Positions 1 to 6,157 of a stretch of DNA of 33,030 bases are shown in pieces. Both the position numbers and the translations under genes were made by a program. Within the stretch, counting starts at the first letter, position 1. Each line of letters starts with the position of its first letter. The notes under the pieces were generated by a model. It saw only the letters and a program-made list of their open reading frames with translations. It searched no databases and was not told the DNA's origin. The stretch lies in the IMG/VR virus record IMGVR_UViG_3300025860_000001; one strand, given 5' to 3'. This stretch comes from a virus.

Positions 1-127
1 ATTCTGTCCAATCTTGTAGCGCATCAATGCCAGCTTTAAATTGCTTGCCGTTCAAGTCCTCAAGAAAAGAAGTCCAACTGCCGTTATCAGAAAAATCATG
101 GCTGCTAGTCCACTTGTGACCAAATAG
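1..127. repeat. Terminal overlap copy 1 (identical to 32904-33030)
   Basis: Read directly: attctgtccaatcttgtagc...cacttgtgaccaaatag occurs at both window ends. It lies inside a coding region. Confidence 0.97.
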
Positions 128-136
128 GTCAGTCAT
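1..136 (-). CDS. 5' end of replication protein P-like gene (same gene as 32707-33030)
   Basis: The reverse complement of 1-136 starts at ATG 136-134 and reads MTDLFGHKWTSSHDFSDNGSWTSFLEDLNGKQF. It is in frame with the ORF ending at 32707 once the overlap is collapsed (110 aa in total), and starts 16 nt after the O-like stop. Confidence 0.6.
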   Translation of the reverse strand, partial: MTDLFGHKWTSSHDFSDNGSWTSFLEDLNGKQFKAGIDALQDWTE

Positions 137-152
137 TACTTCCCATAGGCGG

Positions 153-1034
153 TCAATTAATCGTTCGCTCAGGTCTTGATCTATTCGCTTCTCGTTCTGC
201 GTTTTCTGCTCTGACCCTTGCAGGGGCTGAGTTATTAGCTGGTTTATTGACTGCATACTGACCTCCAATAAAATTATTGTTTTCATTACTAGGCTTTTGC
301 TTTAACCACTCAGCCTTTAGTCTTGTCCAAGTGGTAGTTGAAAACTCATTCAAAACATCTTCAACAGTAAATCCGCGACTAATGGCTAAACTAATCTGAT
401 TGATTAATGTGTTTGCAATCCTTTGAGTCATATCGGGAGCTTTCATTTTTCTAGCTTTATGATTGGCAATTCTTATTTCGCATAAATCTTTAAATTCATC
501 ATCAGATAAATAATGATGATTAATATCTGATGTAGTCTCTGATGTAGTCTCTGTAGTCTCTGGTATTGGTGGGGTCATAATGACCTTATGTGAAAGGGTC
601 AAATTGGCATCAACATCAGAACAATGTGACACCACCTTTGGCTCAATTTGATCTAATGGTTGATCTTGTTGACTGTCATTGATTATTGGTGAGACTTGGT
701 GAGACTTGGTGATACCTAAACAAACAGGGTGGGAGTAGTTAATCGTGTACCAAACAGTCCGATCCATTTTCATTTTGTTGTAGTTACCCGTAAAGATAAC
801 GCCTTGAGATTTTAAACTGATAATCACACGCTTTAGAGTGGCTTTAGACCAGAAAGGAAATTGCTCTAACCAAGAGTCATGCGTGTTGTAAATCCAATTC
901 TTGCCGTCATAAAACTTGTCAGACTTCTCGACCCAGTAATGGATTTGTTGAGCCAAAATAGCCTCGTTCAAGCCAATCTTTGCCGCTAGCTTTGGCATTA
1001 TCAATAAAGGCTGTTCAGAAATTAATAAACTCAT
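153..1034 (-). CDS. Replication initiator / replisome organiser (lambda O position)
   Basis: 293-aa ORF after cro and RHH and before the P-like gene. The N-terminal wHTH-like segment (LAAKIGLNEAILAQQIHYW...ATLKRVIISLKSQGVI) resembles phage O/replisome-organiser N-domains. The central linker is encoded by tandem DNA repeats. Confidence 0.6.
   Translation of the reverse strand: MSLLISEQPLLIMPKLAAKIGLNEAILAQQIHYWVEKSDKFYDGKNWIYNTHDSWLEQFPFWSKATLKRVIISLKSQGVIFTGNYNKMKMDRTVWYTINYSHPVCLGITKSHQVSPIINDSQQDQPLDQIEPKVVSHCSDVDANLTLSHKVIMTPPIPETTETTSETTSDINHHYLSDDEFKDLCEIRIANHKARKMKAPDMTQRIANTLINQISLAISRGFTVEDVLNEFSTTTWTRLKAEWLKQKPSNENNNFIGGQYAVNKPANNSAPARVRAENAEREANRSRPERTIN
527..562. repeat. Iteron-like tandem repeat (CTGATGTAGTCT x2 + CTGTAGTCT) inside the O-like gene
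   Basis: Read directly. It is adjacent to an AT-rich stretch at 481-526 and encodes the TTETTSETTSD linker. Confidence 0.6.
687..716. repeat. Iteron-like tandem repeat (TTGGTGAGAC x2 + TTGGTGATAC) inside the O-like gene
   Basis: Three abutting 10-nt units (one helical turn each), read directly. Confidence 0.6.
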
Positions 1035-1041
1035 AAATATC

Positions 1042-1068
1042 CTAAATCATCTAAATCATCTAAATATG
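1042..1068 (-). repeat. 9-nt tandem repeat forming two ATG-ATT-TAG mini-ORFs upstream of the O-like start
   Basis: The plus strand reads CTAAATCAT CTAAATCAT CTAAATATG. On the minus strand this is TAG (RHH gene stop), ATGATTTAG, ATGATTTAG, then GATATTT and the ATG at 1034. Confidence 0.7.
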
Positions 1069-1248
1069 TCTTTCAAAAACGCTATGCCATAACTTGTATT
1101 CATTGCGTTTCTCATTACGGAGTTGATTCATGGCAGCACGAATGTATCCAGCCACATCAGTACCCTCTTTACTGGCAGCAGCTTTAACAAATTCATACAA
1201 ATCATCATCTAAAGTTGATGCCACTGTGTTTGAAAGTTTTTCGGTCAT
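1060..1248 (-). CDS. Ribbon-helix-helix (CopG/Arc-like) regulator in the cII position
   Basis: 62 aa. VASTLDDDLYEFVKAAASKEGTDVAGYIRAAMNQL fits the RHH strand-helix-helix pattern. It overlaps the cro stop by 4 nt. Confidence 0.55.
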   Translation of the reverse strand: MTEKLSNTVASTLDDDLYEFVKAAASKEGTDVAGYIRAAMNQLRNEKRNEYKLWHSVFERHI

Positions 1249-1442
1249 GCCACCGCCTCTGACTTATCAGCTTGATTTATTTGATTCAACAAATAGTGCA
1301 TTTGATGAAGTCTTGTTGCTGGAACAAAATCACCCCAGTGACAGATTGCACTATGCGTAACTCCAATAGCCTCGCCTATTTTGGTTTTAGTCCCAAATGC
1401 GTCTATTAGATCAGTAATTGGTATTTCTGGAAGTTCTTTCAT
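1245..1442 (-). CDS. cro: Cro-like HTH repressor
   Basis: 65 aa, divergent from cI. HTH segment TKTKIGEAIGVTHSAICHW. First gene of the rightward operon. Confidence 0.7.
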   Translation of the reverse strand: MKELPEIPITDLIDAFGTKTKIGEAIGVTHSAICHWGDFVPATRLHQMHYLLNQINQADKSEAVA

Positions 1443-1588
1443 TTCTCAATGTTAGTATACTCACAACGTAAATGTCAACCTTCTGTCTAAAATTAATAGA
1501 AAACTGTCAATCAAAATGACACCAACCTCACACATTTAGATTGTAAGATTACTTGCGACATTTAATATAAATTTTAAGGTTACAAAAA
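1443..1588. promoter_or_regulatory. Divergent cro/cI promoter-operator region
   Basis: 146-bp AT-rich spacer. TAAATGTC/GACATTTA motif copies lie at 1468-1475, 1531-1538 and 1557-1564. Candidate cI promoter: TTGTAA (1541-1546), 16-nt spacer, TAATAT (1563-1568). TTGACA hexamers on the minus strand lie at 1473-1478 and 1505-1510. Confidence 0.55.
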
Positions 1589-2218
1589 ATGAATTTAGGC
1601 GAGCGAGTAAAGAAATTGCGTAAAGATCAAGGTTGGTCACAACAAGATTTTGCTAATCGAACCTCAATATCAAGAGCAAGAGTTGCTCAACTAGAAACTG
1701 ATCCGACCGCAGAAGTTAAAGCGGCAGGGTTAGTGTCCATTGCTAAGGCTTTTGGATGCACCATAGAGCAATTATTATCAAATAATGCGCTCGAATCGAG
1801 GGGGGGATTAAAGCTGAATCCGATCACTCGGAAGGCCCCCGTGGTAAGCTGGAATTCCCTACCAGCCATAATAGAGGGAAAATTTATGCTAGAAAGTGAG
1901 CACTGGGTAGGATGCCCATACGACCTATCGGAGAATTCTTTTGCGCTTGAAGTGCAAGATGAAGTAATGACTGCCAGTAACGGCAGATCGTATCCGCTAG
2001 GTGTTTTAATTTTTGTTGACCCAGACAAAACGCCAGTAAGTGGAGATCGCATTGTTGCGATAGATACTGAAAATTTAAGTTCTGTTTTTCGGGAATACGT
2101 TATAACAGGTGGTGTTGAACATTTAAAACCTTTGAATGATCGCTATCCTATAAAAGAGTTTTCATTATCAACTAAGATCATAGGAACTGTAGTTGGTTCT
2201 TATCAATCAGAGGGATAA
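1589..2218 (+). CDS. cI: CI-type repressor: XRE HTH + S24 (LexA-like) domain with the catalytic dyad substituted
   Basis: The N-terminus LGERVKKLRKDQGWSQQDFANRTSISRARVAQLE is an HTH_3 pattern. The C-terminus aligns by eye to lambda CI (FALEVQDEVMTA vs FWLEVEGNSMTA; SVFREY vs FTFKKL; LKPLNDRYP vs LQPLNPQYP). Confidence 0.85.
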   Translation: MNLGERVKKLRKDQGWSQQDFANRTSISRARVAQLETDPTAEVKAAGLVSIAKAFGCTIEQLLSNNALESRGGLKLNPITRKAPVVSWNSLPAIIEGKFMLESEHWVGCPYDLSENSFALEVQDEVMTASNGRSYPLGVLIFVDPDKTPVSGDRIVAIDTENLSSVFREYVITGGVEHLKPLNDRYPIKEFSLSTKIIGTVVGSYQSEG

Positions 2219-2219
2219 A

Positions 2220-2426
2220 ATGTTAGTTTGTAATTTACATAATAATCGAAGCCGAAAGTTGGCGTGGATGCAAGAAGATCAATGGCAATGGTTTATTATC
2301 CATACCGATCCGTACGCAAACACTAAGCCTGTTTTTGGTACTAGAGAACCCATGTTTAAGAATATGGCAACAAACTTTGGAAAAAATAATAACGAGCAGT
2401 GTCCTCAAGGCCCACCTAGTAAATAA
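2220..2426 (+). CDS. Hypothetical 68-aa Trp-rich protein co-transcribed with cI (rex-like position)
   Basis: ATG 2220 lies 1 nt after the cI stop, with GAGGG 5 nt upstream. It is in frame with the 2193 ORF in the supplied track. No recognisable domain. Confidence 0.45.
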   Translation: MLVCNLHNNRSRKLAWMQEDQWQWFIIHTDPYANTKPVFGTREPMFKNMATNFGKNNNEQCPQGPPSK

Positions 2427-2489
2427 TTTAACCATTATTAATACCCTCTAAAATATCAGTAAAATTACCTAAAAATTCATTAAAAAACT

Positions 2490-2504
2490 AACATTTTAAA
2501 TGTT
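2490..2504. promoter_or_regulatory. Candidate leftward operator (perfect dyad AACATTT-T-AAATGTT)
   Basis: 7-bp inverted arms around one central nt, about 80 nt upstream of the first early-left gene. It shares the ACATTT/AAATGT motif seen in the cro-cI spacer. Confidence 0.5.
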
Positions 2505-2581
2505 TTTCCGAAAAAGCTGTACTTTTGATTGTGAGTTAGCTAACATAACCACAGACATAAAGCTGACTAAGGAAATTTAAG

Positions 2582-3001
2582 ATGAACTCAATCAACCACT
2601 GTCATGTAACGGCCCAAATTAACGCCTACACCGATGAACCCAACGATGCACCCTTAGATGGTGTGTTTGATGATTGCTCCCCTCTCAAAGACATTTACGC
2701 AGCCTTGATGTTCAAGCGTGAAGTTACCTTCCAAGCTGCTTGGCATTTTGAGCCAACAACCTATACAGCCTTTGACATTCTATTAGATCGCATTAACGAG
2801 AACGCTGACACAACAGACCTAGCCGCCAGCATATTTGCAGCAGCTTTGTTTAACGAGAATAAAGGTGAGGCAGCAACAGACCTTGCTCAAGATTGTGACT
2901 TTAAAACTTGGGTGTTTGATTTCTTCAAATACCTACAAAACTCAAAGCCAGCACCATTCACCAAGCCCAACTTAGAATTTTTAAACTTGCGAGGTGCGTA
3001 A
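2582..3001 (+). CDS. Hypothetical acidic protein, first gene of the early-left operon
   Basis: 139 aa with about 21 Asp/Glu vs 10 Lys/Arg. GGAAAT lies just upstream of the ATG. No recognisable motif. Confidence 0.6.
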   Translation: MNSINHCHVTAQINAYTDEPNDAPLDGVFDDCSPLKDIYAALMFKREVTFQAAWHFEPTTYTAFDILLDRINENADTTDLAASIFAAALFNENKGEAATDLAQDCDFKTWVFDFFKYLQNSKPAPFTKPNLEFLNLRGA

Positions 3002-3096
3002 TGAACATTTCAAAAGAAACGCTAATCATCAACACGCTAGGTTGTTTAATTTGGGTTGTTTGTTGCGTCTGGTGGACGCTAGGCATGACCGCATGA
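3001..3096 (+). CDS. Possible 31-aa hydrophobic micropeptide
   Basis: TAATG overlap with the preceding stop. Reads MNISKETLIINTLGCLIWVVCCVWWTLGMTA (one predicted TM helix). Below the ORF-track cutoff. Confidence 0.3.
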   Translation: MNISKETLIINTLGCLIWVVCCVWWTLGMTA

Positions 3097-3157
3097 GCCG
3101 CGCATCAATGAATGTTTGGCTGTTTGTTTTAATAATAATAATGACGGGGATAGAAAT

Positions 3158-3313
3158 ATGAATGTTGATATTTATTTAGAGGCTTTGAGCGACTTTCACA
3201 AATTGTGGGAATACCAAAACCCGTATTGTAAAAACCTAAACGCTGAAAAGCACTTGGCTTACAAAGAAGCTGCATTAAAAATTGTTGATGAAATAAAAAG
3301 AGGTGATGTATGA
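3158..3313 (+). CDS. Hypothetical 51-aa protein
   Basis: Internal ATG of the 3116 ORF, with GGGGA 6 nt upstream. ATGA overlap with the erf start. Confidence 0.5.
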   Translation: MNVDIYLEALSDFHKLWEYQNPYCKNLNAEKHLAYKEAALKIVDEIKRGDV

Positions 3314-4035
3314 ATCAAAGTGAATCAATTAAAGAACTGGCTACGGCATTGTGCCTAGCCCAAGCCGCAATGGGCGGTGCTGTTAAAGATAGTAAAAACC
3401 CGTTTTTTAAGTCTAGCTACGCTGATCTGACAAGCGTTATTAAAGTGGTTAAAGAGCCATTTGCTGATAACGGATTGTCTTTTGTACAGCTACCTGTATC
3501 GGGTGAAACATACGTTGGCGTAACAACCATGCTGATGCACACATCGGGTGAATGGTTACAAAGCGAGTATATGTTGCCTATGACTAAACGCGACCCACAG
3601 GCGGCTGGTAGCGCGATCACATACGCTAGACGTTACGCATTGCAGTCACTTGCTGGTATTCCAAGCGTTGATGATGATGGTGAGTTGGGTATGTTTAGAG
3701 GTGGAACGCCAGCTAACACAGAACCAGATATGTCTTTAGAGGGCATAGCAAGCCAGCCAGCCAGCACAGAACCAAATATGTCAAAAGAAGAGGCCAATAT
3801 AGTCTACAACGATCTAGCTACAAAGCACTCTAAGACTATTGAATGTGTAAAGGCTGGCATTGAGTCAGGCGAGATTACAGCAGCAGCAGAAGCTTGGTTT
3901 GAGCTTACAGAGGACGATCAAATGGGGTTGTGGAAAGCCTATTCAAAAGGTGGAGTATTCACAACAGAAGAACAAAAGTTAATTAGAACCACTGAATTTA
4001 AAGAGGCCTATTTTGGCAAAGGAGAAGCAGCATGA
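3310..4035 (+). CDS. erf: ERF-family single-strand annealing recombinase
   Basis: SIKELATALCLAQAAM...KNPFFKSSYADL...GSAITYARRYALQSLAGI is the classic Erf (P22 Erf-like) signature. Confidence 0.85.
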   Translation: MNQSESIKELATALCLAQAAMGGAVKDSKNPFFKSSYADLTSVIKVVKEPFADNGLSFVQLPVSGETYVGVTTMLMHTSGEWLQSEYMLPMTKRDPQAAGSAITYARRYALQSLAGIPSVDDDGELGMFRGGTPANTEPDMSLEGIASQPASTEPNMSKEEANIVYNDLATKHSKTIECVKAGIESGEITAAAEAWFELTEDDQMGLWKAYSKGGVFTTEEQKLIRTTEFKEAYFGKGEAA

Positions 4036-4331
4036 GTCAGTACTCAAACAAGGGCGGTATTTGGAAAAACGATAAGCGTGAAAGTGATACACACCCACAC
4101 TTCAAAGGAAATGCAGAAGTGGGTGGCATTGACTATTGGGTTAGCGGTTGGCTACGCAACAAGGACGGCAACCCTAATGCGCCAGCAATGAAGTTTAGTT
4201 TTACACCTAAAGAAACGCAGGCACACCGACAGCCACCGCAACAGTCAACACAAATGGCGCAGGCTAAAGAAGCGGTCATGGCTGGTATGGATAAAGGGCC
4301 AGATAATTTTGACGATGATATTCCGTTTTAG
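4032..4331 (+). CDS. Small (99 aa) SSB-like protein with a canonical SSB C-terminal tip (DDDIPF)
   Basis: The C-terminus DNFDDDIPF matches the E. coli SSB tip MDFDDDIPF. The short N-terminal domain (GGIWKNDKRE..HFKGNAEVGGIDYWVSGW) is far shorter than a standard SSB OB domain. ATGA-coupled to erf. Confidence 0.6.
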   Translation: MSQYSNKGGIWKNDKRESDTHPHFKGNAEVGGIDYWVSGWLRNKDGNPNAPAMKFSFTPKETQAHRQPPQQSTQMAQAKEAVMAGMDKGPDNFDDDIPF

Positions 4332-4364
4332 AGGTTAAATAATAACTAAAAAAAGGAAAAAGAT

Positions 4365-4805
4365 ATGGGGTATACCAACTATTTTAGAACTGACCGCGAA
4401 TTTACATCATCTGAGTGGAATGTCATTACTAATATGGCTAAACACGTTATTTCAGTATCAGGGATTATTATTCGTAATGCGGCTGGTAAAGAAAAACCTA
4501 CAATTAATAACGATGAAATTTCTATTAATGGCTGCGCTTACTTAGGAGAAGATAGCGAAAGTTTTGTTTTTACTCGCATACCATGTGACAAGTTTTGCAA
4601 AACAAACCGAAAGCCGTATGACGATGTATGTATGGCAATTCTTCAATTTATAGAAATGACACATCGAGATTCAATCAAAATAAGTTCTGATGGTGATTGG
4701 GAACCTTTTTGGCGTGACCCTTCTTTGCGACTATTAGCAGCCGCATCAATGCACGTTATTCAAGATTTAGAACCTATATTTATGTATAGCGGAGAACCAA
4801 AATGA
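4365..4805 (+). CDS. Hypothetical protein (146 aa)
   Basis: Long ORF with an AGGAAAAAG-type SD upstream. Coupled to the next ORF by an ATGA overlap. Confidence 0.6.
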   Translation: MGYTNYFRTDREFTSSEWNVITNMAKHVISVSGIIIRNAAGKEKPTINNDEISINGCAYLGEDSESFVFTRIPCDKFCKTNRKPYDDVCMAILQFIEMTHRDSIKISSDGDWEPFWRDPSLRLLAAASMHVIQDLEPIFMYSGEPK

Positions 4806-4999
4806 GCAAAGTTGGAAAAATGTGCAGCGTTCATTCAATGCTAAAAGCACCTAAAGTTAACAAACGTCATGCCTCTTGGAACAAATTAAATGCAGAGCAT
4901 ACCGCCTTAAAAAAGCAGTATGACCGACTTAGCGAGTTGTACGACAAAATGGACGATGAACTTGTGAAATTAAGGGGGAATTATGGATTACATGATTAA
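4802..4999 (+). CDS. Hypothetical coiled-coil protein (65 aa)
   Basis: ORF coupled to both neighbours. Basic N-terminus and helical C-terminus. Confidence 0.5.
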   Translation: MSKVGKMCSVHSMLKAPKVNKRHASWNKLNAEHTALKKQYDRLSELYDKMDDELVKLRGNYGLHD

Positions 5000-5222
5000 G
5001 AAAGTGGACGGGGTGGGCTACTTGCCCATCGTTTTAGATGAATTTAGCAATGAGATTTATCGAGGTGAGTACCACCAAAAGGCCCATGATGCTATTGACG
5101 CTGCTCTTTCGTATGTAGATGAACACTATTGTTCTGACTGCAATATGCCAGTAAAGCATGAAGATTTTACTTGGAATCACCCAGAGGCATTGCGTGACGA
5201 TCAAATGTACCAAGCAAGGTAG
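4983..5222 (+). CDS. Hypothetical protein (79 aa)
   Basis: ORF in the operon; the start may be 4992. Contains a CSDC pair. Confidence 0.5.
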   Translation: MDYMIKKVDGVGYLPIVLDEFSNEIYRGEYHQKAHDAIDAALSYVDEHYCSDCNMPVKHEDFTWNHPEALRDDQMYQAR

Positions 5223-5262
5223 TTTTAAAGAAAACAAAAATTAATTTTATAGGATGTTATCA

Positions 5263-5595
5263 ATGAAAGCTAAAAATCAAAATCAAGCATGGTCGCCAGA
5301 AGATATACATTTGGTTATGACCAGCACTTTAAAAATGTCAAAGGTTGCTAAAAAGTTGAACCGAACTGCTCACGCTTGTTCAATGAAAAAATACAGCTTA
5401 AACAAAAAAATGGCAGCAGAGAAATTGGCAGTAAAAACAGTTCGTAAGCGCAAAACAACCATTGGTTCTGCTATGCCAGTTCTGGCTAAACCTGTATTGA
5501 AATCTTACAGCTACGAGGGGCGGCACAATATCATTACTGTTAATAAGTTGGGCTGGCTTACTCGCATATTACTTGGAGTTAAAGAGGCCGCTTAA
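5263..5595 (+). CDS. Myb/SANT-like HTH protein (110 aa)
   Basis: AWSPEDIHLVMTSTLKMSKVAKKLNRTAHACSMK fits the W-[ST]-x-E-[DE]...R-[ST]-xx-AC Myb-like pattern. AGGA lies 8 nt before ATG 5263. Confidence 0.5.
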   Translation: MKAKNQNQAWSPEDIHLVMTSTLKMSKVAKKLNRTAHACSMKKYSLNKKMAAEKLAVKTVRKRKTTIGSAMPVLAKPVLKSYSYEGRHNIITVNKLGWLTRILLGVKEAA

Positions 5596-5765
5596 TGACT
5601 TATAAAGTGCAAGTGCAAGTGCCAGTGCCTATAACAATGCAGTCTGATGAAGATTTGCTGAACGAGTTAAATAGGCGTGGCAAGCTGGTTAAGTGGGTGC
5701 GTAAGGCTTTAAAAGAGCCTTGCAAGGCTGCACAAAGCGAGGAAAGGCTGCATGGCTGCAACTAA
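5595..5765 (+). CDS. Hypothetical 56-aa protein (below ORF-track cutoff)
   Basis: TAATG overlap with the upstream stop. Reads MTYKVQVQVPVPITMQSDEDLLNELNRRGKLVKWVRKALKEPCKAAQSEERLHGCN and overlaps the next start. Confidence 0.4.
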   Translation: MTYKVQVQVPVPITMQSDEDLLNELNRRGKLVKWVRKALKEPCKAAQSEERLHGCN

Positions 5766-5940
5766 TGACGTTACAGGCGATAAGCTAAAGAGCAAGGTTG
5801 TTAACGACAATTTTCGTAATAACTTTGACAGAATCTTTGGCAAGCCTGATGAAGATGTAAAAGAACACAAACCTAAAGATTGGGTAAAGCTAGGTTTAAG
5901 CCCAAGCACAATAATTGAAGAAATGGATTGCAGAAAATGA
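5752..5940 (+). CDS. Hypothetical protein (62 aa)
   Basis: ORF in the operon. ATGA overlap with the following gene. Confidence 0.5.
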   Translation: MAATNDVTGDKLKSKVVNDNFRNNFDRIFGKPDEDVKEHKPKDWVKLGLSPSTIIEEMDCRK

Positions 5941-6155
5941 ATGATTTAATAAGTGAAAGTGATCTTGAAAAAGTGACGGGATACAAGGCCCAAGCTAAAC
6001 AGTGCAAATTGTTAACTGAGCATGGCATATTTTTTGTGAAAGATGCTAATGGTGCGCCTCATGTAACTTGGTACTCTTTTAACAATCCGACTCATTTGCG
6101 GTTTAATCAGGCTTTGGCGCATAATGATGAACCAGACTTTTCGGCAATGGATTAA
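5937..6155 (+). CDS. DUF4224-like small protein, probable excisionase/directionality factor
   Basis: SESDLEKVTGYKAQAKQCKLLTEHGIFFV resembles the DUF4224 TGY motif family. It lies immediately upstream of int. Confidence 0.5.
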   Translation: MNDLISESDLEKVTGYKAQAKQCKLLTEHGIFFVKDANGAPHVTWYSFNNPTHLRFNQALAHNDEPDFSAMD

Positions 6156-6157
6156 TC

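Noticed and set aside
1-127. The end repeat as a genuine phage direct terminal repeat or cos region.
   Set aside because: It lies inside a coding sequence, has no flanking packaging signals, and is exactly 127 nt (a common assembler k-mer). This is retained as a finding because read-level data could overturn it.
2235-2435. 66-aa minus-strand ORF opposite the cI-downstream ORF.
   Set aside because: There is no SD, and it would be an isolated antisense gene with a hydrophobic, Cys-rich translation. The + strand ORF has a good SD and is coupled to cI. Neither is proven.
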